From contig OZ024743.1 in the NCBI GenBank assembly GCA_964016885.1, forward strand, positions 204,662,001-204,726,000: a stretch of 64,000 nt of DNA. The letters are read 5' to 3'. The position numbers were made by a program, and so were the translations under genes. This DNA comes from Eledone cirrhosa (lineage: Eukaryota). The first letter of the stretch is position 1. Each line of letters starts with the position of its first letter. The notes below the pieces were generated by a model, which saw nothing but the letters and a program-made list of their open reading frames with translations, made no database searches and was not told the origin of the DNA. Shown piece after piece: positions 21,910-38,700 of the stretch.

Positions 21910-24242
21910 ATATTCCTTGATGCTACCCTTTACCTAGACTCTAAAATATATACACCCTTTCATAAACCTAACGAAAAACTAATTTATGTGGATACCAAGT
22001 CTAACCACCCTAAATCCATATTAAACTCAATCACTAAAGGAATATCTAATAGAATCTCTAATCTATCATATAACGAAACCATATTTAATAATAATTACCA
22101 ATACCATAATCAAACATTAGCTAAATCAGGCCAGAAAAATGGGATTGAATTCCTACCTATAAAATCACATAGTTACAGCATTATTTCTCACAATATGGCC
22201 ATGAGGAAAAATAATAAGAGTACTAGCCAATCTTACTCTTATACGAAGGGTAAGATCAAACTTAACTCGCACCAACGTAAACACCACAATAATATTATAA
22301 ACAGAAATACTTCAATAGATATTACAAAAAACAAAAATAGAAGAACTAATACATTCTTCAACCGTCTCTACCAACTTAACTAAGGCTTTCTTCTCAATCC
22401 TAGAAAAAAATTCCCATCTGGCCACAAATACCAAAATCTTATAAATAAAAACACCATTAAAATCTCTTACTCTACCACACCTAACATAGCATACCATATA
22501 GCTAGTAGTAATAAAAGGAAGATTAATAATTATCTCCAACTAATTAAAACACAGCAGGAGGTAAACTTATAGAACAACATAATAACTACAAACCCTAGTA
22601 GCAATAGTAATAATAGTAATAACACTAATGAAATCAATAACAATAGGAACGACAACCCTAATGCTATCCATAACAACCAGACTTCTACACAACATAATAA
22701 CCGGCAAGATAACATCCAAAATAAATGTAACTGTAGATCAAATAGAACTTGCCCATTAAGTAATAATTGCTTAATCAAAGACATCATTTACTCCTGCACG
22801 GTCAACACAAACAACTCTTCTAAAACATATATTGGCTCTACTTCGAACTGCTTCAAGACGAGATACAACTCGCACATCCATTCTTTCAAAAAACACAATC
22901 TTTTCGAAACTAACCCTCCTAAATAAAAAGTCAGAGATGTTTTCCTCGTGCCAACAACGCTACCGACACTCATTGGATAGCTTTAAACCTTCCCCGACAG
23001 CATCACACTCTTTGATCTGCTCTTTCCTCTACACAAATCCTATTTATCTCTAACATTATACTCTAGAAATAAACATCTAGTCACCACCTTATAATATAAA
23101 TACTTTAGATTACTTATAAGATATACAGTAATTGAAATATAATATAATATGTATAGACATTAAATGTAATATGTGACAATGAATTATATATACATTTATA
23201 ATAAAATGTATATATTAATAACATTGTATATACAGGATTAATTTATTAACATAAGGGCTGTATCTAATTTAACATGTAAACAGCTATACATTATTCCATA
23301 TCTTGCCTAATATTGGGTAGATAGCAATCTTATGAAACATTTAATATCTTATGAGAGAGTAGACTGTATTTAAAATTAAATATAAATATATAACATTTTG
23401 TATAAGGGTTTCAATTGTGGCAGTATATAATGTCTATTAGAGCAAATAATTTTAATATTATAATGAGCTAGTAACCCCCCTTACACATTAGCTCCCCTTA
23501 ATTCCATACCCACTTCCGAATATTAAACCGTTGAAAACTCTTGCTGTAGAACAACTCTAATCCATGAATATGAATACAATAATACTAAGTTACTATAACT
23601 AACTAAAAACATTCAATACAAACATTAACTAAAATATAACTTAACATATGTAATGGATGGGAAATCCGTAACTTTCATATTCTACACACATACATATTTG
23701 AACTATACAAAAACTATCCTCGCATTACATCCTCCATAATACACTAACATATTCGCTTAAAGTGCTTGTATTTTATGTAATACCTTGCCATACTGTACTC
23801 ATATATGCCTAATACATTTGCCTGTTTCCTTTCCATATATATGACTAACGCATGTACAATCTCTACACGCTTCCCCAATGCCTCTTTATTTATTAGACTA
23901 TTCTCTTGTATTATCTGTCGCATGTATTCCACTCTGTGCTTTTAATTTTAATTTTAATTTTAATTTTAATCTTAATTTGAATTATTGTACAATTCTCGTA
24001 TAATATATGTCGCATCCATTAGACCCTGTATATACTAAACTGTTGTTCACAACATCAATATATATGTATCTATGTGATTCTTCAGTTGAATAGGAGGTTA
24101 ATTATATGTACAAACATTGATAATGCACCGATGATACCAAACTAAAGTTTGGAAGAAACAATTGTCAGCGTTTAAATGATTTGAACATAACTTTCATACT
24201 TCTATATTTTATATTTTATGTTTTATATTTTATATTTTATAA
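21910..24242 (+). mobile_element. 5'-truncated, decayed Penelope-like element inserted between (TA)n tracts
   Basis: FLDATL...PFHKPNEKLIYVDTKSNHP...RISNLS, LEK.FP..HKY..LINKNTIKISYS, CNCRSNRTCPLSNNCLIKDIIYSC...YIGSTSNCFKTRYNSH. Same architecture as 6337-8881, with (TA)n at 21788-21900 and from 24256. Confidence 0.88.
24122..24172 (+). ncRNA. Degenerate minimal type I hammerhead ribozyme motif (core CCGATGA)
   Basis: aatgc/gcgtt stem I, CCGATGA (one core substitution), stem II taccaaac-taaa-gtttggaa, GAAAC-aatt-GTC with palindromic ACAATTGT. Confidence 0.65.
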
Positions 24243-27090
<2,848 letters not shown>

Positions 27091-27392
27091 ATAACGAAAC
27101 GAAATCAAACTTCGTTTCGCTTCTAACTCACTTTTGTATGACTGACGCTTAAACAATTAAGTTAAAGTGTACATCTACATATGTATACGGAAGTATTAGT
27201 ATGCATATAAATACACACATGTATACATATGTACATGTACTCAGCTTTTCACTAGACACTTTACAGTGAGTGTCAGCTAGTCTGTATGTAACCACACAGG
27301 CGGACCGGGTTTTAGAGTCATACGAGTTTTCAAGGAAACACATTTCCTCTATTCTCCAGAGGGCCAGACAGGAATATTGGACTAGTTTCGAT

Positions 27393-27790
27393 GTTATTAC
27401 ATCTCATCAGCAATATTTACCCATCTTCCAGAGAAGCCGGAAGATGGGTAAATATTGCTGATGAGATGTAATAACGACCTTTCACGCTTAGGTGTGCTTG
27501 TCAAACCAGTTTGACAAGCACACCTCAGCGTGAAAGCTCGTTCTAAAAATTTTTTTTAAGAAAAAGGTTATTTTATGAATTAAGTTAGGTCTTAGGAGTT
27601 CTTGGTTAACGTAGGCGGTATTGTTTCGTTTTTAGAACGAGCTTTCACGCTGAGGTGTGCTTGTCAAACTGGTTTGACAAGCACACCTAAGCGTGAAAGG
27701 TCGTTCTAAAAACGAAACAATACCGCCTACGTTAACCAAGAACTCCTAAGACCTAACTTAATTCATAAAATAATTTTTTTCTTAAAAAGA
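27393..27790. repeat. Cluster of three long hairpins, two being flip and flop versions of the same imperfect palindrome
   Basis: H1 has perfect 37-bp arms (27393-27429 / 27439-27475, 9-nt loop). H2 has 34-bp arms (27473-27542, centre CA, 2 mismatches). H3 has ~118-bp arms (27553-27788, centre TG) and its core is the reverse complement of H2. Confidence 0.92.
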
Positions 27791-28208
27791 ATTTTTTTTA
27801 ATCCGAAAAAAAAAAATTCTTTTGGGATTTTGTGAAGAAAATCAATTTGTTGAAAGCACAAGTGAAGCCATTTTTTCTTCCCTCCTGTCTTAATATACCT
27901 AACTGTACCAAGGATTACACACATTTTCCAATATATATATATATAGATAGATAGATAGATAGATAGATAGAGGATAGATAGGTAAATACACACGGGTGTG
28001 TATGATTGTGTATAGAAGATTATATTAATAGGAGGAATTCCAACTTTGTCTAATTTACTAGTTTTATTTACAATCCTTTAAAATTTATAATGGTATTATA
28101 ATGAAATAGTATGATAGAATATTAAATTCTAAGTGTTAATTGATTGCTTTCGCAATCTTCAGGTTGATATGTGGTGACAGTCAAGTTTGCAATTTTCAAC
28201 AGTTGAAA

Positions 28209-29457
<1,249 letters not shown>

Positions 29458-32400
29458 AAACACCATTAAAAACTCCATTGAAAAGCTCATAAAAACTCAT
29501 TAAAAACCCAATAAAAAGCACACTAAACCACCATTAAAAGCTACATCCGAAACCCATTAAAAACTATATTAAAACACCATTAAAATTCCATTAAAAACCA
29601 CATTAAAATCCATTAAAAATCCAATTAAAAACAGTAAAAACTTAATTGTAAACGTAATCGAAAGCGCAAGTAAAACAACAATAAAACCATTTAACACCCC
29701 ATTAAAACCCACAAAAATACCACCAGAACCCATTAAAATCCCATAACCGCCATTAAAATTCCATTAAAAATATTATAAAAAACTTCATTTAAAACACACT
29801 GGAAACCCATTAAACTTCATAAAAAAATCCATTAAAAAAAATCCATTAAAAAAAATCCATTAAAAAAAAATCCATTAAAAAAATCCATTAAAAAAATCCG
29901 TTAAAAAAAATCCATTAAAACTCAATCAAAACCCAATTAAAAGGCCATAAAAGAAACATTAAAACACCATTTAAAAAACCCATTAAAAAACCATTTAAAA
30001 AAATCCATTTAAAAATCCATTAAAAAAATCCATTAAAAATCCATAAAAATCCATAAAAAATCCATTAAAAATCCATTAAAAATCCATTAAAAATCCATTA
30101 AAAAATCCATTTAAAAAAATCCATTAAAAAAATCCATTAAAAAAATCCATTTAAAAAATCCATTAAAAAAATCCATTAAAAAAAATCCATTAAAAAAAAT
30201 CCATTAAAAAAAATCCATTAAAAAAAAATCCGTTAAAAAAAATCCATTAAAAACTCAATCAAAAACCCAATTAAAAGGCCATAAAAGAAACATTAAAACA
30301 GCATTTAAAATACCATTAAAAACGCCATAAAAAACATTAAAATCCCATTAAAAATACATTAAAGGCCCATTAAAAATTCCACTAAAAACCTCATTGAAAA
30401 CCCCATTTAAAACCTAATTAGAAGCTCATAAAAACTCCCAAAACCCAATAAAAAACCATTAAAACGTCATTAAAACGTCATAAAACGCTATTAAAACGTC
30501 ATTAAAAATGTTATTAAAAACTCCATTGATAACTCAATTAAAAACTGCATTTTACCCCCCTCCTCCCCCATTAAAAACACATTAAACACTCCATTAAAAT
30601 TACCATTAAAAACCAATTAAATACTCCATTAAACACTATATTAAAACCGCAATTATAAATTCTTTAAAAATCCAATTAAAAAACATATTATAAACTCCAT
30701 TAAAAATCCAATTAAAAACCCTACTGAAAATCCCATTATAAAATTACATAAAAACCCATAATAATAGTCCTTTAAAAAACCAATTAAAAATCCTATTAAA
30801 ACGCCATAAAAAACACCATTAAAACGTCATTAAAAATACAATTAAAAACACCATTAAAACTACATTGCAAATTCCATTAAAAGACCCATTAAAAACTCCA
30901 TTAAAAACACCACTAAAAAGCCCATTAAAAAGCTCATAAAACCCATTAAAATACAATCAATAACCAATTAACACTCCATTAAAAACCATTACAACCGTCA
31001 TTAAAATGCCATAAAATACCATTAAAACGCCATTAAGAACGCCATTAAAATCGTCATTAAAAACCTCATTAAAAACTACATTAAAACTTCATTAAAATCT
31101 CCATTAAAACCTCCATTATAAACTCTATTAAACTCCATTAAAACTCAATTAAATCCCCCATTAAACCCCCATTAAGCCCCATTAAAAGCCCCTGAAAAAT
31201 GCAACTAAAAACCAATTTTAAAACCCCATTAAAACACAATTAAAAGTCCATTGGAAACCCCATTAAAATTCCATTAAAAATTCATTAAAAACTTAGTAAA
31301 AACTCGATTTTATACTCAATTAAAAAGGTAATTGAAAACTCAATTAGCACACCATTAAAAACTCATTAAAAAGCCCATAAAAACTCCATAAAAAATCTAA
31401 TTGAAAAACATTAAAAATTCAGTTAAAAACCTGATTGAAAACCCCAATAAAAGTTCATTAAAAAAACTCCATTAAAAAATCAATCAAAACCCCATTAAAA
31501 TAACATTGAAACTTATCGAAGCGTCATTAAGGATACCATTAAAAAACACCATTAAAACGGCATTGAAAACCCATTATAAAAAATTAAAGGGTCCGTAAAA
31601 AACACCATTATAAATCCATTAAAAACCTAATTGAAAAACCCATTAAAACTCAATTTTTAAACTAGATTAAAAACGCAATTAAAAGCTCAATGAAAAACCA
31701 TTAAAAACACCATTAAAAACTCTTTAAAAAAGAGCACTAGCCATTAAAACTCCATTAAAACCCATTGAAACCTACTACCCCCATTAAACCCCATTAAAAT
31801 TGCATTAAACACATTACACATCCATTAAAGCCCATTAGAAGGACCATCAAATATTTAAATTTAAACTAAATCAGAAACTCGCTTAAAACACCATTAAAAA
31901 CACATTAAAATGTCACTAATACCATTAACAACCACACAAAAAACTCCATTAATATACCATTAAAAACCGCATTGAAAACCCATAAAATCCCAAGTAAAGA
32001 TCTTTTAAAAAACTACATTAAAAACCCAATTAAAAAACCCATTAAAACGCCATAAAAGTCATTAAAACGTCATTTAAAGTACCATTAAAAACGTCACTAG
32101 AAACCCAATTAAAAACACATTAAAAATTCCATTTGAAACCATATTAAAAATTTCATTAAATGCAATATTGAAAAACCCATTAAAAACACCAGTGAAAACT
32201 CATATAAATACTCAATTAAAAAACCAATTAAAAATCCTATTTAAACGTCACTAAAACACCATAAAAAACACAATTAAAACGTCATTAAAACACCATTAAA
32301 AATTCAATTAAAACCCCATTAAAAATCCATTAAAAAGATCATCATGAACGCACTTAAACACCATCAAAAACGCATTAAAAATTAAATTAAAAAGCAATTA

Positions 32401-34771
32401 ATTTTTTTTATCAAACCCCCATTAAAATTCCATTAAAAACAACATTGAAAACCCCCATTAAAAGCTCATACAAAATTATATTAAAAACCCAATAAAAAAC
32501 AATTACAACGCCATTAAAACATCATAAAAACTCATTAAAATGTCATTTAAAATGCCATTAAAACCCTCACGGGGGAAACGCAATTAAAAACACCATTAGA
32601 AATTTCATTAAAAACTCCATTAAAAATCATATTTAAAGTCAATTAGAACCCTTATTATAAATTCCATTAAAACCCATTAAGTATCCAATTGAAAAATCCA
32701 TTAAGAGCTCATTAAAAATACTCCATTAAAAACCCAATTAAAAATCATTAAAACGCATTTAAACACCATAAAAACACAATTAAAACGCCATTAAAAACTC
32801 CATTAAAACATCCTTGAATCTATTAAAAATTTCATTAAAAACGCAATCAAAAATTCCATTAAAAACCCATTTAAAAACTCATAAACAACACCATTGAAAA
32901 CCCAATTAAAAACTCCATAAAAAACCCATTAAACACCATCGAAAATCCCATTAAAACACCATTAAAAAGCCATTAAAACCCAATTTTAAACGCAATTAAA
33001 AACTGAATTAAAACACTATTAAAAACTCATAAAAAAAGGCTCATAAATAATGGGGTTTTCAATTGTTTTTTATGAAATTTATAATATGGCTTTTAATGAA
33101 CTTTTTAATGGGCTTTTAGTGGAGTTTTTAATGGATTTTTATGGAATTTTTAATGACATTATTAATGGTTTTTTAATTGGGCTTTTTGTGATGTTTTAAT
33201 GGCGTTTTTATGACATTTTATTGTGTTTTGTGGCGTTTTAATGGCGTTTTAATTGGTTTGTTATTGGGTTTTTAATAGAGTTTTATGAACTTTTAATATG
33301 GGGTTAATGGGTTTTGAATGTGTTTTCAATGGAACTTTTAATTGAGTTTTTAATGAAATTTCTAATGGGATGTGTAATTGAATTTTTAATTGGTTTTTAA
33401 TGGGTTTAGTGGGTTTATAGTGGAGTTTTTAATGGTGTTTTAATGGTGCTTCGATTGAGTTTTTAATTGAGTTTTTAATTGAGTTTTTACTGAGTTTTTA
33501 ATTGAGTTCTTATTTTATTTTATTTTATTTATTTTTTATATTTAATTTTTTTTTATTTTTTTTTATTTTATTTTATTTTTATTTATTTTATTTTATTTTA
33601 TTTTATTTTATTTATTTTATTTTATTTTATTTATATTTTTTAGTTTTTTTTATTTTATTTTATTTTATTTTTTTTATTTTATTTTATTTTATTTTATTTT
33701 ATTTTTTTTATTTTATTTTATTTTATTTTTTATTTTATTTTATTTTATTTTATTTTATTTTATTTTATTTTATTTTATTTTATTTTATTTTATTTTATTT
33801 TATTTTATTTTATTTTATTTTATTGAGTTTTTAATTTAGTTTATAATTTAGTTTATAACTTAGTTTATAATTTAGTTTATTTCTCCCTCTTCTCCCCCTA
33901 CTGTCCTCTACAGCCAGATCTGCCTTTCTTTACCCCTCCCAAGTCTCTTCCCTCTTCTCCCCCTACTGTCCTCTACAGCCTGATCTGCCTTTCTTTACCC
34001 CTCCCTAGTCTCTTCATTATTCAGTTTTGTTTTTATCTTTCTAAAACATCCTAGTTTTAATGAAATTAAAAGGAAATAGCAATCGCTATAAGTGTGCAAG
34101 CCAGCATGTAACTTCATGTGTGTGTGTTTTTAATGGAGTTTTTAATTGAGTTTTAATGGAGTTTTAATTGAGTTTATAATGGAGATTTAAATGGAATTTT
34201 TAATTGAGTTTTAATGTAGTTTTAATGGTGTTTTATGCCGTTTTAATGGTATTTTAATGGGGTTTTTATTTGGTTTTTTATAAAGTTTTGGGTGCGCTTT
34301 TAATGGGGGTTTAATGGGTTTTCAGTGTAGTTTTTAATGACATTTTTAATGGTTTTCCAATGGAACCTTAGTGGTGTGTTAATGCAATTTTAATTGGTTT
34401 AATGGGCTTTTAATTGTGTTTTTAATGGTGTTTTAATTGAGTTTTTAATTGCGTTTTAATTGAGTTTTTATTTCGGTTTAAATTTGAGGTTTTAATGTCT
34501 TTTCGAGGGGGGGTTAATGGGGGTTTTAATGGAGTTTTAATGGGGACTTTTAATGGAAACTTTAATTTTGTTTTAATTGGGTTTTTATGGGTTTCCAATG
34601 TGGTTTTTAATGGCGCTTTTATTGGCATTCTTAATGATGTTTTAATTGTGTTTTAATGGGGGGTTTGGTTGGGGTTTTAATGGAGTGTTTTATGAGCTTA
34701 TAATGGGGTTTTTAATGGGTTTTTCAAAATAGATTTTTAATTGAATTTTTAATGTGGTTTTTAATGGGATT

Positions 34772-34772
<1 letters not shown>
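29458..34772. repeat. Foldback-like module of unit 1: ~3.6-kb degenerate CCATTAAAA arm, polarity switch at ~33047, then TTTTAATGG arm interrupted by (ATTTT)n and a unique spacer
   Basis: Left end (TA)n-AAAcaCCATTAAAAAC; the reverse complement of the right end reads (TA)n-AAAtcCCATTAAAAAC. The same layout is in every unit. Confidence 0.85.
33511..34015. repeat. (ATTTT)n tract, ~4 x 12-bp TTTAGTTTATAA, and 2 x 65-bp pyrimidine-rich direct repeat (present in each unit)
   Basis: ccctcttctccccctactgtcctctacagcc(a/t)gatctgcctttctttacccctccc(a/t)agtctcttc starts at 33885 and 33950. Confidence 0.9.
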
Positions 34773-34822
<50 letters not shown>

Positions 34823-34883
34823 GTGTGTGTGTATATATATATATATATAGTGTGTATGTATATATATATATATAGTGTGTGCG

Positions 34884-34913
<30 letters not shown>

Positions 34914-34915
<2 letters not shown>

Positions 34916-35303
34916 ACACAAATATTAGCATATACATATTTTCTTAGTAATTGAGGATGTGTTTTTTATACATACATATGCATATTGCATCCATACATAC
35001 ACACATACAAGCATATACATACACATACACACAAATATATATACACACACTGTATATATATACATACACACACACACATATATATATATACACCACACAC
35101 TATATATATATATAGTGTGTGTGTGTATATATATATGTGTGTGTGTGTGTATGTATATATATATATACAGTGTGTGTATATATGTGTGTGTGTATGTCTA
35201 TGTATATGCTTGTATGTGTGTATGTATGTATGTATGCAATATGCATATATAAAAACACATCCTCAATGACTAAGAAATTATGTATATGCTAATATGTGTG
35301 TTA
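34914..35303. repeat. ~390-bp imperfect palindrome: unique outer arms, (CA)-rich / (TG)-rich inner arms, (TA)n centre (present in each unit)
   Basis: taacacaaatattagcatatacat...ttcttagt.attgaggatgtgttttt...atgcatattgcat pairs with atgcaatatgcat...aaaaacacatcctcaat.actaagaa...atgtatatgctaatat.tgtgtta. The centre is cacacac-tatatatatatata-gtgtgtg. Confidence 0.9.
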
Positions 35304-35499
35304 GTGTCTATATAAATGTATGTATGTAGTATATGCAAGTGTTCGTGCAAATTGAAAATAGATTTAATAATTTTAATATCTAGAACAATGTGATCTAAAA
35401 AAAATATTTTTTAAGATACGAATATATCGTTGTCAGCTTAATATGGCACTAACGCAAAATATAAATCCCAGTTTATATATAGTGTGTAACATGAAAGTG

Positions 35500-35534
<35 letters not shown>

Positions 35535-35640
35535 ATATATATATATATATATATATATTTAATATATATATATATATATATATATATTTAATATATATAT
35601 ATATATATATATATTTAATATATATATATATATATATATA

Positions 35641-35677
<37 letters not shown>

Positions 35678-35678
35678 A

Positions 35679-35716
<38 letters not shown>

Positions 35717-38700
35717 ATACACATATATATGTGTAAATATATATATACACATATATATGTGTAAATATATATATACACATATATATATACACATATATAT
35801 GTGTAAATATATATATATACATATATATGTATGTATGTATATATATATATATAAACACCATTAAAAACTCCATTGAAAAGCTCATAAAAACTCATTAAAA
35901 ACCCAATAAAAAGCACACTAAACCACCATTAAAAGCTACATCCGAAACCCATTAAAAACTATATTAAAACACCATTAAAATTCCATTAAAAACCACATTA
36001 AAATCCATTAAAAATCCAATTAAAAACAGTAAAAACTTAATTGTAAACGTAATCGAAAGCGCAAGTAAAACAACATTAAAACCATTTAACACCCCATTAA
36101 AACCCACAAAAATACCACCAGAACCCATTAAAATCCCATAACCGCCATTAAAATTCCATTAAAAATATTATAAAAAACTTCATTTAAAACACGCTGGAAA
36201 CCCATTAAACTTCATAAAAAAATCCATTAAAAAAAAATCCATTAAAAAAATCCATTAAAAAAAAATCCATTAAAAAAATCCATTTAAAAAAATACGTTAA
36301 AAAAAATCCATTAAAACTCAATCAAAAACCCAATTAAAAGGCCATAAAAGAAACATTAAAACACCATTTAAAAAACCCATTAAAAAACCATTAAAAAAAA
36401 TCCATTTAAAAAATCCATTAAAAAAATCCATTAAAAATCCATAAAAATCCATTAAAAATCCATTAAAAATCCATTAAAAATCCATTAAAAATCCATTTAA
36501 AAAAATCCATTAAAAAAATCCATTAAAAAAATCCATTAAAAAAAATCCATTTAAAAAATCCATTAAAAAAATCCATTAAAAAAAATCCATTAAAAAAAAT
36601 CCATTAAAAAAAATCCATTAAAAAAAAATCCGTTAAAAAAAATCCATTAAAAACTCAATCAAAAACCCAATTAAAAGGCCATAAAAGAAACATTAAAACA
36701 GCATTTAAAATACCATTAAAAACGCCATAAAAAACATTAAAATCCCATTAAAAATACATTAAAGGCCCATTAAAAATTCCACTAAAAACCTCATTGAAAA
36801 CCCCATTTAAAACCTAATTAGAAGCTCATAAAAACTCCCAAAACCCAATAAAAAACCATTAAAACGTCATTAAAACGTCATAAAACGCTATTAAAACGTC
36901 ATTAAAAATGTCATTAAAAACTCCATTGATAACTCAATTAAAAACTGCATTTTACCCCCCTCCTCCCCCATTAAAAACACATTAAACACTCCATTAAAAT
37001 TACCATTAAAAACCAATTAAATACTCCATTAAACACTATATTAAAACCGCAATTATAAATTCTTTAAAAATCCAATTAAAAAACATATTATAAACTCCAT
37101 TAAAAATCCAATTAAAAACCCTACTGAAAATCCCATTATAAAATTACATAAAAACCCATAATAATAGTCCTTTAAAAAACCAATTAAAAATCCTATTAAA
37201 ACGCCATAAAAAACACCATTAAAACGTCATTAAAAATACAATTAAAAACACCATTAAAAACTACATTGCAAATTCCATTAAAAGACCCGTTAAAAACTCC
37301 ATTAAAAACACCACTAAAAAGCCCATTAAAAAGCTCATAAAACCCATTAAAATACAATCAATAACCAATTAACACTCCATTAAAAACCATTACAACCGTC
37401 ATTAAAATGCCATAAAATACCATTAATACGCCATTAAGAACGCCATTAAAATCGTCATTAAAAACCTCATTAAAAACTACATTAAAACTTCATTAAAATC
37501 TCCATTAAAACCTCCATTATAAACTCTATTAAACTCCATTAAAACTCAATTAAATCCCCCATTAAACCCCCATTAAGCCCCATTAAAAGCCCCTGAAAAA
37601 TGCAACTAAAAACCAATTTTAAAACCCCATTAAAACACAATTAAAAGTCCATTGGAAACCCCATTAAAATTCCATTAAAAATTCATTAAAAACTTAGTAA
37701 AAACTCGATTTTATACTCAATTAAAAAGGTAATTGAAAACTCAATTAGCACACCATTAAAAACTCATTAAAAAGCCCATAAAAACTCCATAAAAAATCTA
37801 ATTGAAAAACATTAAAAATTCAGTTAAAAACCTGATTGAAAACCCCAATAAAAGTTCATTAAAAAAACTCCATTAAAAAATCAATCAAAACCCCATTAAA
37901 ATAACATTGAAACTTATCGAAGCGTCATTAAGGATACCATTAAAAAACACCATTAAAACGGCATTGAAAACCCATTATAAAAAATTAAAGGGTCCGTAAA
38001 AAACACCATTATAAATCCATTAAAAACCTAATTGAAAAACCCATTAAAACTCAATTTTTAAACTAGATTAAAAACGCAATTAAAAGCTCAATGAAAAACC
38101 ATTAAAAACACCATTAAAAACTCTTTAAAAAAGAGCACTAGCCATTAAAACTCCATTAAAACCCATTGAAACCTACTACCCCCATTAAACCCCATTAAAA
38201 TTGCATTAAACACATTACACATCCATTAAAGCCCATTAGAAGGACCATCAAATATTTAAATTTAAACTAAATCAGAAACTCGCTTAAAACACCATTAAAA
38301 ACACATTAAAATGTCACTAATACCATTAACAACCACACAAAAAACTCCATTAATATACCATTAAAAACCGCATTGAAAACCCATAAAATCCCAAGTAAAG
38401 ATCTTTTAAAAAACTACATTAAAAACCCAATTAAAAAACCCATTAAAACGCCATAAAAGTCATTAAAACGTCATTTAAAGTACCATTAAAAACGTCACTA
38501 GAAACCCAATTAAAAACACATTAAAAATTCCATTTGAAACCATATTAAAAATTTCATTAAATGCAATATTGAAAAACCCATTAAAAACACCAGTGAAAAC
38601 TCATATAAATACTCAATTAAAAAACCAATTAAAAATCCTATTTAAACGTCACTAAAACACCATAAAAAACACAATTAAAACGTCATTAAAACACCATTAA

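Noticed and set aside
27455-27545. Hammerhead at CTGATGA (27458)
   Set aside because: The motif lies inside a perfect hairpin arm and has no correctly placed stem II, GAAA and NUH.
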